Below are positions 45,205 through 53,804 of a stretch of DNA of 54,453 nucleotides, one piece after another. The notes beneath the pieces were generated by a model. That model was not told where the DNA came from. It saw only the letters and a program-made list of their open reading frames with translations, and ran no database searches. Each line of letters begins with the position of its first letter. The stretch's first letter is position 1. Both the position numbers and the translations under genes were made by a program. Source of the stretch: a virus (Duplodnaviria > Caudoviricetes); IMG/VR virus record IMGVR_UViG_3300042923_000201, positions 1-54,453 of that record, one strand, 5' to 3'.

Positions 45205-47535
45205 TTGGAGTTAAATATACAGCTAGATATGGGATTAAAAGACAAAAATAAAGACCAAAAAGAGTTAGAGAAATCAGAAAGAGTACGGATAGCTAAAGAT
45301 AAAAAAGAAAAAGCAACATACATACCCACATGGGAAGAAGTTTGGTACACAGGATATAATGGTAAGAAAGCAATATTTCAAACTAAAATAGGTACATTAG
45401 ATAAAGAAAGATTAATGACAGTAAAAAATGCAATTGATAGTGGAGAAATAGGTATGCACTGTGAATCCATTAAGAAGTTTAGTAAATCACATGCTCTTAA
45501 TTTATACAAAATGTTAATGGAATACCGTAAAGTAGATATTATTAAAGAAATGGTTTTACACAAACCTGACAATTACCACCTAATAAACCATAAAGGAGAT
45601 TTTGAGTATTTTTTACATTTGTTACATAAAGAAAAAATAGTAGGACTGGATACAGAGACAACAGGATTGGACTATGATAAAGATGAAATAGTAGGCATAT
45701 CTTTTACACTTCCTAAGGCTGATTACCACTGTTATATTCCAATAAGGCATGATATTGTGGGTATTATACAGTTATCCCCGTCATACGTATTTAATGCTCT
45801 TAAACCGTTCCTATTGGATAATAAACTAGGTAAGGTTCTACATAATGCTAAGTTTGATTTCCATATGTTTTGGAGAGAAGGAATATATGTAGACGGTTTA
45901 GTAATGGATACTCTAATTGCAATGAAGATATTAAATGAGAATGAGTTAAAGTATGCACTTAAGAATATATCCACTAAGTATGGTAAATTCTTTGGGTTTG
46001 AAGACAGGTCACTTACATATGAGGAATTGTTCGGTAAGGGTGGTTTTGAGAAAACTCCTTTAGACATTGGTACAGTATACGCATGTAAAGACACACATCT
46101 TTGTTATGAACTTTATCTTTGGATTGATGAACAGTTTAAAAAGTTACCAAAATTAGGACATATTTATTATGATATTGAACTACCTAACACCATAACAGCT
46201 TTTGACATGGAGAAGAACGGGTTTTTAATTGATACAGTTTTTGCTACAGAATATACAGAGCAATTAAGGGAACAAGTAAAAGAAATGGAAGTAAAAATTG
46301 TTAAAGAGTTTGGGGATATAAACATTAACTCCAATCAACAGTTAGCTCACGTTATCTATGATGTATGGGAGTTAGAAGACATTAGCGGTAAAAAGTCTGT
46401 TAAGGCTGACGTATTAAAAGTATTGGCAGAAGAAAATGAGATACTACAATCATTATTAGACTACAGGGGACTGGCAAAATTACTGTCTACATACTTTGAA
46501 GCAATCCCACAGAAAATATGGAAACGGGATGGGAGACTACATGGACAGTTTAATCAAAGTGGTACAAAAACAGGTAGATATTCCTCTAACAATCCTAACT
46601 TACAGAACATACCCCCAGAAGCACGTCCAATGGTTGTTGCTCCTGTAGGTAAAGTAATTATAGGTAAGGATTTATCTCAAATAGAACCTAGATGTCTAGC
46701 CTACCTGTCAGAAGATGTACATTTTCAAGAACCATATTTAACAGGTAAGGACTTATATTCCACATTGGCATCCTCTACATTTAAGATACCATTGGAGTAC
46801 TGTTTGGACGGTGCTTATGACCCTACAGGAACCTTTAAACCACGTAAGAGAATGAAGACTGGACTGTTAGCAGTAATGTATGGTACTTCTACATACACTT
46901 TATCTAAACAGTTAGGTATTACCCTACAAGAAGCAGACGACTTTATTAACACATTTTTGGAGACATACCCACAGACAAGAGATTACATACAAGGTATAAA
47001 GGATTTTATAGATAAGAATGAATATGTAGAGACAGCAGAAGGTAGGAAGAGACGGTTCCCACATCATAGAGAAGTAGCAATAAAGTATAAGGATGTATGT
47101 AAGAAAATTGTAGCTATATTAGGACATGTACCCTCTAACATTTGGGAAAGTAAACTACCGCGTAATATAAAGAGAGAGTACTGGAATGTTGCTAAAAACT
47201 ATGGTAGAGTGGCACGTCAAGGTGTAAATGCTAAAATACAAGGTAGTTCGGCAGATTATATTAAACAGGTTATGTACAGGGTTAACAACTATTTAAAAAG
47301 TCTAGGGGAAGAGTACAAAATGATTGCCACAATACATGATGAAATACTTATGGAGGTTCCCGATACAATTACTAAGGAACAGATAAGCGAACTAGACCAT
47401 ATTATGACATCTATAGAATGGTTTGATTTCCCTGTTAAGACTGATACAGTAGTAATGTATGCATGGGGACAGGAAATTAATGTTAAAGACTGGTTAGAAA
47501 ATAGAGAAGAGTATAACATAAAAAGATGTATGTAG
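45205..47535 (+). CDS. polA: Family A DNA polymerase with 3'-5' exonuclease
   Basis: GLDTETTG, HNAKFD, YACKD exonuclease motifs; TGRYSS.NPNLQNIP, DLSQIEPR, K...L...YG, IQGSSAD, IHDE. Confidence 0.96.
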   Translation: MELNIQLDMGLKDKNKDQKELEKSERVRIAKDKKEKATYIPTWEEVWYTGYNGKKAIFQTKIGTLDKERLMTVKNAIDSGEIGMHCESIKKFSKSHALNLYKMLMEYRKVDIIKEMVLHKPDNYHLINHKGDFEYFLHLLHKEKIVGLDTETTGLDYDKDEIVGISFTLPKADYHCYIPIRHDIVGIIQLSPSYVFNALKPFLLDNKLGKVLHNAKFDFHMFWREGIYVDGLVMDTLIAMKILNENELKYALKNISTKYGKFFGFEDRSLTYEELFGKGGFEKTPLDIGTVYACKDTHLCYELYLWIDEQFKKLPKLGHIYYDIELPNTITAFDMEKNGFLIDTVFATEYTEQLREQVKEMEVKIVKEFGDININSNQQLAHVIYDVWELEDISGKKSVKADVLKVLAEENEILQSLLDYRGLAKLLSTYFEAIPQKIWKRDGRLHGQFNQSGTKTGRYSSNNPNLQNIPPEARPMVVAPVGKVIIGKDLSQIEPRCLAYLSEDVHFQEPYLTGKDLYSTLASSTFKIPLEYCLDGAYDPTGTFKPRKRMKTGLLAVMYGTSTYTLSKQLGITLQEADDFINTFLETYPQTRDYIQGIKDFIDKNEYVETAEGRKRRFPHHREVAIKYKDVCKKIVAILGHVPSNIWESKLPRNIKREYWNVAKNYGRVARQGVNAKIQGSSADYIKQVMYRVNNYLKSLGEEYKMIATIHDEILMEVPDTITKEQISELDHIMTSIEWFDFPVKTDTVVMYAWGQEINVKDWLENREEYNIKRCM

Positions 47536-47543
47536 AAAATTAC

Positions 47544-47572
47544 TTGACTTGTACCCGTATTTATGGTAAGAT
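47544..47572 (+). promoter_or_regulatory. SigA-type promoter overlapped by an inverted repeat
   Basis: TTGACT-17-TAAGAT; TGTACCCGTAT / ATATGGGTACA flank the -10 box. Confidence 0.6.
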
Positions 47573-47614
47573 ATGGGTACAGTTAATTTAAAAAACAAAG
47601 GAGAAGTGATATAA

Positions 47615-48130
47615 ATGAGTGAAAGTAAAATTGTAACACTGGAATTAGGGGATATTGTAACAATTAATTGGAATATAGTTGGTATAAATTACTACACAGT
47701 AGTTAAAAGTAATAACCCTTTTGAGCCAACTACATACTATTTAGAAAATCATGATGGAGTATTCTTGGCTTTTAACGCATCCTTCTGTAAGTCACTGGAA
47801 GAATTAACACGCACAATTATATCAGTAAGAGACGTAGAAAAAAGGTTAACATTTGAAGTTGCGCGACCAATCACAAATGTAGGTGAGACAGTAGTAACAG
47901 ATGAAGAAGAATTACAGTTGGGTGACACAGTTTTATGTGAATTTACATTTTCAGGTAAGTTTGAATTTACAGTTATAAAAGATGAAAATTATTCACCTTG
48001 TGGAATATACAGGTTAAAAAGTGCTGATGGAATGGGTGCTTTTGCTTCATATAACTGTAAGACATTGGATGAGCTAGACAAAATAATGAGAGAATATAAA
48101 GACTGGACGTACACAGTAATACATAAATAA
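47615..48130 (+). CDS. Hypothetical protein with internal duplication
   Basis: LELGD.V...TVVK...Y.L...DG..A...CKSLEEL module occurs twice. Confidence 0.72.
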   Translation: MSESKIVTLELGDIVTINWNIVGINYYTVVKSNNPFEPTTYYLENHDGVFLAFNASFCKSLEELTRTIISVRDVEKRLTFEVARPITNVGETVVTDEEELQLGDTVLCEFTFSGKFEFTVIKDENYSPCGIYRLKSADGMGAFASYNCKTLDELDKIMREYKDWTYTVIHK

Positions 48131-48136
48131 AAAATA

Positions 48137-48166
48137 TGTCACAAATGCCCAAAAAGTAATACATTA
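48137..48166 (+). promoter_or_regulatory. Phage promoter-like motif
   Basis: TGTCACAAA-N11-TAATACATTA. Confidence 0.75.
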
Positions 48167-48291
48167 TAAGTAAGTAAACAATAAGTAAGACATTAAATAG
48201 AAAAGGGGTTATTACCATAAAGGTTAATATAAAAGGTAAAATAGACAACGGGTTTCACTTACATGAGTTAATAGAAGAAATACTGGAAGGT

Positions 48292-48765
48292 ATGGGAGAA
48301 AAGTTAGAGCTTACAGATGAAATGTTCTCCAAAATACAGTTAGAAGATGTGTCATTTAAAGTTATTTTTACAGATATTTATGGAGTAGAGACTTACATAT
48401 CAGTTCCTAGAGACGTACAGGGAGAGACAGTACATGAGTTATTTGAAGTAAATGTTGAGTTGGATGAAGACGGTAATATATTTGATTTTGAGGACAATGA
48501 AGAGGAAAGTAAAGTTGATGGTTTTACATTGGCTCAAGCAGTAGGACTGGAATACAACTATGAGGGCATTGAGTCTTTCTTTAAAGATGAAGAGTTAGTG
48601 GAAGTGGACAGGTATGGTATTGAGGGAGACGTATTAGCTGTTAAGTATTCAAAAGTTGTTGATGAAGCCTCAGAAGTACTTAGACATTTTAAAGGTGATT
48701 TATTAGTTGCAGAATATGAGTATGTCCCTAAAGAAAATTCAACAGAAGAGAAAGAAGAGGTGTAG
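48292..48765 (+). CDS. Highly acidic hypothetical protein (start may be ATA 48217)
   Basis: D/E-rich 157 aa; frame stays open upstream to an AAGGGG RBS. Confidence 0.7.
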   Translation: MGEKLELTDEMFSKIQLEDVSFKVIFTDIYGVETYISVPRDVQGETVHELFEVNVELDEDGNIFDFEDNEEESKVDGFTLAQAVGLEYNYEGIESFFKDEELVEVDRYGIEGDVLAVKYSKVVDEASEVLRHFKGDLLVAEYEYVPKENSTEEKEEV

Positions 48766-48768
48766 TCC

Positions 48769-49068
48769 TTGGAGATAAAGATTGGATGGAAGAAATATAC
48801 AGTTGTTGAATTAGACATAGACGATTCTTTAATAGTAGGAGGGGATGCATGTTACGGTAAGATAGATTATGTAAGCAGTATTATTTACTTAAATTCTGCC
48901 AACACACCATCCCAAAGTAAATCCACATTATTACATGAAGTTATACATGGTGTAGAAGATATGTACGGTGTTGAACTAAGTGAAGAACAGGTAACAACAG
49001 TAGCAAACGGTTTATATGCCTTTATGTTGGACAATAAAGACTTAGTGAGGGACTTAATATGCGAATAG
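48769..49068 (+). CDS. Small HExxH metallopeptidase-like protein
   Basis: YGKIDY...IYLN...TLLHEVIHG. Confidence 0.68.
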   Translation: MEIKIGWKKYTVVELDIDDSLIVGGDACYGKIDYVSSIIYLNSANTPSQSKSTLLHEVIHGVEDMYGVELSEEQVTTVANGLYAFMLDNKDLVRDLICE

Positions 49069-49574
49069 CTCTAATGGGGCAGATGAGAGCAGGTAAGGAT
49101 ACTGTTTGTGAATTACTACAGGAAGAACAACACTTCTTTAAATTAGCATTTGGTACAGAGATTAAAAACATAGTACATACATACTTCCCTGATGCTGTTA
49201 AACAAGGGAAACCCCGTCATCATTACCAATATGTAGGACAGTTATTTAGGGAGTTAGACCCGTTAGTTTGGATTAAACAGGTAGACAAATGTATTAATTC
49301 ATTGTGGGATGATGTCCCCCTTATTGTAACAGATTGTAGACAACCCAATGAGTTTGGTTATCTTAAATCAAGAGGGTTTATAATGGTTAAAGTAGTGGCT
49401 AATGAAGACATAAGAATTTCACGTATGATTAGGAATGGTGACAACGTATCTCAGGAGGATATGACGGATGAAACAGAATTACATATTAAGGACTTTGTTG
49501 CAGATTTTACCATTGTGAACAATGGTACTGTAGAAGAATTAAGGGAACAGGTATTAAAATTACTTGAAATCTAA
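49059..49574 (+). CDS. Deoxynucleoside monophosphate kinase
   Basis: GQMRAGKDT P-loop, TDCRQPNE, ETE, IVNNGT motifs. Confidence 0.85.
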   Translation: MRIALMGQMRAGKDTVCELLQEEQHFFKLAFGTEIKNIVHTYFPDAVKQGKPRHHYQYVGQLFRELDPLVWIKQVDKCINSLWDDVPLIVTDCRQPNEFGYLKSRGFIMVKVVANEDIRISRMIRNGDNVSQEDMTDETELHIKDFVADFTIVNNGTVEELREQVLKLLEI

Positions 49575-49884
49575 AGTGTATACAGTAGAAATACTGATAG
49601 CATTAATTCAATACAGAGGTAAAGTAAATGAAAGTAAATATTATAGTGGTGAGATAACTTCTTCCAACATGTTAATGGACTTAGACATTATATTAAACAA
49701 AATAAACTTAACAGACAAACAGGCTTTTATATTAAACAGATACTGGGGGGACGGTTACACACAAGAAGAAGTAGCCAAAGAGTTAGGTGTGTCCCAACAG
49801 ATGGTAGAGAAGCACTGTAGAGCCATTAAGAAAAAGATGGGAAAGGTGTTACAAGATATGGGTGAAATAGACAATGGGGAATAA
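49564..49884 (+). CDS. Sigma region-4-type HTH protein
   Basis: LTDKQ...GYTQEEVAKELGVSQQMV. Confidence 0.78.
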   Translation: MKSKVYTVEILIALIQYRGKVNESKYYSGEITSSNMLMDLDIILNKINLTDKQAFILNRYWGDGYTQEEVAKELGVSQQMVEKHCRAIKKKMGKVLQDMGEIDNGE

Positions 49885-50269
49885 GAGTAATAAAAGTACC
49901 AACAATGACATAGTAAAGAAGTATGACGAGATTATAGAAGAGTTAGTGACTTTTAGACCTCTAGTACCTATTAGTGATAGGAATCTCATAATTGAAGCTT
50001 TAAACAGTGAGTACATGTCTTTAACAGGTAACAACCTACCATCCTTTTTACTGTCAAGACTGGCTGACTGGATTTTATTAGAAGTACTTAATGATAGAGA
50101 CGTAGATAAAGTAACTAACAATGAGTTTGCAATATTGTCTCCACGTCAGATTAAGAGAAGAGATAAAAGAGAGTACAGTTTTGAGGCTGAAATAATTGAT
50201 TATCTAAATCTAAAATATGTAAACAGAAAAGACAGTTTGAGTAAAAAGAATACTAAAGAGTTGGAATAA
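49874..50269 (+). CDS. Hypothetical protein
   Basis: 131 aa; LSRLADWIL...ILSPRQIKRR. Confidence 0.72.
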   Translation: MGNKSNKSTNNDIVKKYDEIIEELVTFRPLVPISDRNLIIEALNSEYMSLTGNNLPSFLLSRLADWILLEVLNDRDVDKVTNNEFAILSPRQIKRRDKREYSFEAEIIDYLNLKYVNRKDSLSKKNTKELE

Positions 50270-50275
50270 AAGCAC

Positions 50276-50304
50276 AAAGCAGGGTAAATACTCCTTGCTT
50301 TTTC
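50276..50304 (+). terminator. Terminator-like hairpin
   Basis: AAAGCAGGG / CCTTGCTTT + T-rich tail. Confidence 0.55.
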
Positions 50305-50391
50305 TTTTTATATATGGTAAGATGTGGTGGAGCGAAAAGGAGGTGTGCTTAAAAGTATTACATAATAAATCTAAAATAGGTAAAATACCCC

Positions 50392-50420
50392 TTGACAATT
50401 GGTACAACTTGGTATATACT
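50392..50420 (+). promoter_or_regulatory. SigA-type early promoter
   Basis: TTGACA-17-TATACT. Confidence 0.8.
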
Positions 50421-50463
50421 TAGTACAAGTTAAAAAACAGATAAAGGAAGAGGGGTAATACAT

Positions 50464-50967
50464 ATGAAAAGTAAAGGTACCAGTAAAAAATACATAGGCA
50501 CCAAAGGAAAGTCTCACCTAGGTTACATGAGTAAAGGAGAGCGTAAAATACAGCAGACCCTAATAAAAATGGAGATACGATATTTTAGAGAATCAGTATT
50601 TAAAGGATGTGTAGGTGGTAAACTTCCAAACACAGTTTTACTACCATTTGATTTTAGTATTTATGTAGGGGACGAGTTACAAGCCTTAGTAGAGTATCAA
50701 GGTATACAACATTCAATACCTACATTCACAATGGAAGACTGGATTAAAACAAAAGAGAATGATGCAATAAAACGGAAGTACTGTAAAGACAACAACATAC
50801 CGCTGTTAGAAATAGATTTCAGTGATTATGATAACATAAAGAAAGTACTTACATATTTTTTACAACATAATGGTATTTTAAATAAGAACAAGAAGTACAT
50901 AGAGTTACATGGAGACTGTAAGACAGATAAAGAAAGGGAGAGTTTAAAAGTGAGGTTGGTGTTATGA
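50464..50967 (+). CDS. Vsr/DUF559-like endonuclease (possible free-standing homing endonuclease)
   Basis: SKGE..I, LPFDF, VEYQGIQH, D.IK..YC..NNI.L.EI motifs. Confidence 0.75.
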   Translation: MKSKGTSKKYIGTKGKSHLGYMSKGERKIQQTLIKMEIRYFRESVFKGCVGGKLPNTVLLPFDFSIYVGDELQALVEYQGIQHSIPTFTMEDWIKTKENDAIKRKYCKDNNIPLLEIDFSDYDNIKKVLTYFLQHNGILNKNKKYIELHGDCKTDKERESLKVRLVL

Positions 50968-51137
50968 CAACAGTATTTTTATCTACATGTGGTGTATTTA
51001 TATGCGGAATAACAATATTTAGATTGGAAAAATCCATTGAAAGAACAGGAGAACTACAGTATTACATAATGGAAATATTAGTATTTGCATGTATTATAGT
51101 AAATTTGTTAATATTGTCTGTAGAGTTGTTTAAATAA
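50964..51137 (+). CDS. Small two-TM membrane protein (57 aa)
   Basis: ATGA overlap with upstream stop, GAGGT RBS; MTTVFLSTCGVFICGITIF...ILVFACIIVNLLILSVELFK. Confidence 0.6.
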   Translation: MTTVFLSTCGVFICGITIFRLEKSIERTGELQYYIMEILVFACIIVNLLILSVELFK

Positions 51138-51152
51138 AGGGGAGGGTACAAT

Positions 51153-51338
51153 ATGACTGGTAGTGGTGGTATTAAAAAGATTAAGATACTATCAAACATT
51201 TATAACTATCTAACAAAAGGTTGGACGTATGAGGTGATTCAGGAAGGTTCATATTGGTTAAAAGTTGTGGATGATAACGGTATTGAAACGTGTATAGACA
51301 AGGATGATTTAGGTTGGGAGTTTATGATAGTAGAATAA
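51153..51338 (+). CDS. Single SH3-like repeat protein
   Basis: YLTKGWTYEV...VVDDNG unit, same as the repeats of the next gene. Confidence 0.7.
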   Translation: MTGSGGIKKIKILSNIYNYLTKGWTYEVIQEGSYWLKVVDDNGIETCIDKDDLGWEFMIVE

Positions 51339-51364
51339 AATAAAAAAAACAGGAGGAATTAGAA

Positions 51365-52468
51365 ATGGGTAAAATAGTAAAAGGTAGCGTAAAAGTAATA
51401 AAAATGTTGGTAGATTCTTACAGTTATTTAGATGTACATGTGAAATATGCTGTGACGGATGAAGGAGACACTTGGATAGAGGTTAATGATAAAGATGGTG
51501 ATAGTTGTATTGTATCAAAAAGTCGTGAAGGTAAAGACTTTGAATACTGTACAGACATTACAAAAGTAGTGGAAATAGTTGGGGATTTATCAATGTATTT
51601 AACAGAAGGTAAAATGTACCCTGTTGTAGGAGAAGATGAAGACTATTATACACTTATTGATGATGAAGATGATGAGTATGAGTTAGATAAAGCTGAGGAT
51701 GATTTTACTGTTATAATAAAGGATACGTTACCAACTGTTATAAAGGTTAGAATATTAACTAATACTTATAAATGGTTATGTGAGGGCGAAGTGTATGAAG
51801 TGACAAAAGAAGGAGATTCATATTTTGAGGTTTTAGACAATGACGATGATGCTTACACTCTTTATAAAGAGGATATTGGAGATAGATTTGAACCTATTTA
51901 CAGTGTGAAGGAAGACTCTATTAAAACAATTACAGACTTCTCTATGTTTTTAACAGTTGGTGCCATATATAAAATAAACTATGAAGACAGTACCGCTTTT
52001 AAAATAACAGACGATGAAGGAGATACATACACTTTATACAAATACAATGAGGGTATAATATATGATGTATTAAGAGCAGATGTATCAGAAAAAGAAGAAA
52101 TAAAAGAGGAAGTAGTAGAAACATTTAGTGGTAAAATGGTATTGGTTAAATCAATAAAATCAGACAGTAGTTCAATTGGTGGTTCTTTTACTACATACAA
52201 CACATTCTTTAAAGAAGTTGGATTGGATTATTTAGCTAATCACTTTGTGTTTGGAGCAACACTACAAGAAGGTAAATACTTGTGTTTAATGGAAGTAAAA
52301 CATCCTGACAGAGATATTAATATGTTAGTACTTATGAGTGAAGAGGGACAAGTATTTCTTGTACACAATGGATTTGGAGAAATTTCCTTATACAGCCCAA
52401 CAAGTCTTACAAAAGAAGAAATTGAGGAAAAGTTAGAACTTCCTAAAGGAACACTGGTAATACTTTAA
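51365..52468 (+). CDS. Acidic protein with four SH3-like repeats and shared C-terminal tag
   Basis: Four L..G..Y.V.....Y....DD.D..Y.L units; ends LTKEEIEEKLELPKGTLVIL. Confidence 0.75.
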   Translation: MGKIVKGSVKVIKMLVDSYSYLDVHVKYAVTDEGDTWIEVNDKDGDSCIVSKSREGKDFEYCTDITKVVEIVGDLSMYLTEGKMYPVVGEDEDYYTLIDDEDDEYELDKAEDDFTVIIKDTLPTVIKVRILTNTYKWLCEGEVYEVTKEGDSYFEVLDNDDDAYTLYKEDIGDRFEPIYSVKEDSIKTITDFSMFLTVGAIYKINYEDSTAFKITDDEGDTYTLYKYNEGIIYDVLRADVSEKEEIKEEVVETFSGKMVLVKSIKSDSSSIGGSFTTYNTFFKEVGLDYLANHFVFGATLQEGKYLCLMEVKHPDRDINMLVLMSEEGQVFLVHNGFGEISLYSPTSLTKEEIEEKLELPKGTLVIL

Positions 52469-52654
52469 ATGTCAGTAGTATTAGAGTATAATAAGGATTT
52501 ACTGTGGGAAAGTGATTGGAACGGGTATGAAGTGGGGTACCCGTCCTCTAATGTAGTTGGGTTATACAGATTAGCTAACAGTAGTGTATATTTTTACATA
52601 GATGTAATTAACAACAAAATTTTAGAAGCATGGGAAGGGGAAGAAGAGGAATAA
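52469..52654 (+). CDS. Hypothetical protein
   Basis: 61 aa abutting the upstream stop. Confidence 0.6.
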   Translation: MSVVLEYNKDLLWESDWNGYEVGYPSSNVVGLYRLANSSVYFYIDVINNKILEAWEGEEEE

Positions 52655-52998
52655 TGAGTAAATTTGAACTAACAATAGGGGACAAATATCTAATCACCAC
52701 AGACCCATATAATTACATATTACAAGAGAAGAAAATAAACACAACTAAGGACAGTAAGAACTTTGGTGAAGAGTATATGGTTCCTTTGGGATTCTACAGG
52801 GACATTAATCAAGTTGTGAGTAAGTTACTGGACTTAAAGATTAAAGGGACTGAACTAAAGGATGCAGAAAGTTTAGGTTCTTGGTATGAGGAAGTTAATA
52901 ATTACATATATGAGACGATACAGTCAATACAGCTTCAATTAGATATGTTGGATTTTAAAAACAGTGGGGAAGGGGTAGACACAAATGGAGATAAGTGA
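52654..52998 (+). CDS. Hypothetical protein
   Basis: YLITTDPYNYILQ...GFY pattern; start moved to MSKF (TAATG overlap). Confidence 0.68.
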   Translation: MSKFELTIGDKYLITTDPYNYILQEKKINTTKDSKNFGEEYMVPLGFYRDINQVVSKLLDLKIKGTELKDAESLGSWYEEVNNYIYETIQSIQLQLDMLDFKNSGEGVDTNGDK

Positions 52999-53383
52999 AC
53001 AAATTGTAAAAGTATTGGATGTTGTTGGGGACAAAATAGGGGTAGCTGTTGACTGGACATCTACATCAATCCAAAGTAATATTATGCCTTATATACAGGA
53101 GTTGACTGATAAAATTGTTAGCTATGAAATTTGGACATCTGTAGTTTGGATTGTGGTGTTTATAATGTTATTATCAGTAGTCTCAGCAGGAGCAAAAAAA
53201 GCTCTTCACAGTGAGGATGAAGCGGATAATTTTGTAGGTTGGTTACTATTCATACCAATTGGGGTCTTCTTAGTCTGTATAATAATTCAAACATTGGATA
53301 TTGTTACAGCACTTACTTTACCTGAGAAAACTGTATTGGATTTTATGACTAGGATGTACAATAATACAATAAATGGAATGTAA
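52985..53383 (+). CDS. Hypothetical membrane protein
   Basis: KIGVAVDWTS N-terminus and two TM helices. Confidence 0.72.
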   Translation: MEISEQIVKVLDVVGDKIGVAVDWTSTSIQSNIMPYIQELTDKIVSYEIWTSVVWIVVFIMLLSVVSAGAKKALHSEDEADNFVGWLLFIPIGVFLVCIIIQTLDIVTALTLPEKTVLDFMTRMYNNTINGM

Positions 53384-53407
53384 TTAATAATTTTTAATGG
53401 AGGTATA

Positions 53408-53611
53408 TTGATGCTTTTTACAAGAACTACTAGACATTGTAATATTAATAATGATAGAACCTGTGAAAAATGTACTTGTAATACATGTGCCATAGAAAGT
53501 ATTTGTAAACTAAGTTTCAATAATTGTACTCTATGTAGTTTTTATGATAATTACCACACTTATTCATGTAAAGACTATGTAAGTAATGAGGGTAACTCTT
53601 ATAGGAACTAA
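53408..53611 (+). CDS. Small Cys-rich protein
   Basis: CEKCTCNTC...C...C..C...C; GGAGGT RBS. Confidence 0.62.
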   Translation: MMLFTRTTRHCNINNDRTCEKCTCNTCAIESICKLSFNNCTLCSFYDNYHTYSCKDYVSNEGNSYRN

Positions 53612-53631
53612 CAATAAAATAATTTTTTAAT

Positions 53632-53660
53632 GGGGGACAGGTAAAACTGTCTCTTTTTTT
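53632..53660 (+). terminator. Terminator ending the rightward unit
   Basis: GGGGACAG / CTGTCTCT + T-run. Confidence 0.7.
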
Positions 53661-53686
53661 ATATGTATGGAAGGTGTACATTTTTT

Positions 53687-53804
53687 ATAGGGGGGAGGGG
53701 TCATTCAAATTTTAAACGGGGAGGGGTCAAAGAGGTATTGGGTTTTGGCAAGGAGGGGTCTACGTGCTATGAGGTTATATATGTGTATATAAGGGAGGGG
53801 GTAC
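53687..53804. repeat. GGAGGGG repeats in non-coding DNA
   Basis: Four GGAGGGG units; ATAGGGGGGAGGGGT at 53687-53701 is identical to 70-84. Confidence 0.7.

Noticed and set aside
37356-47535. Introns or inteins in nrdD or polA
   Set aside because: Both ORFs are continuous and of normal length with all motifs in order.
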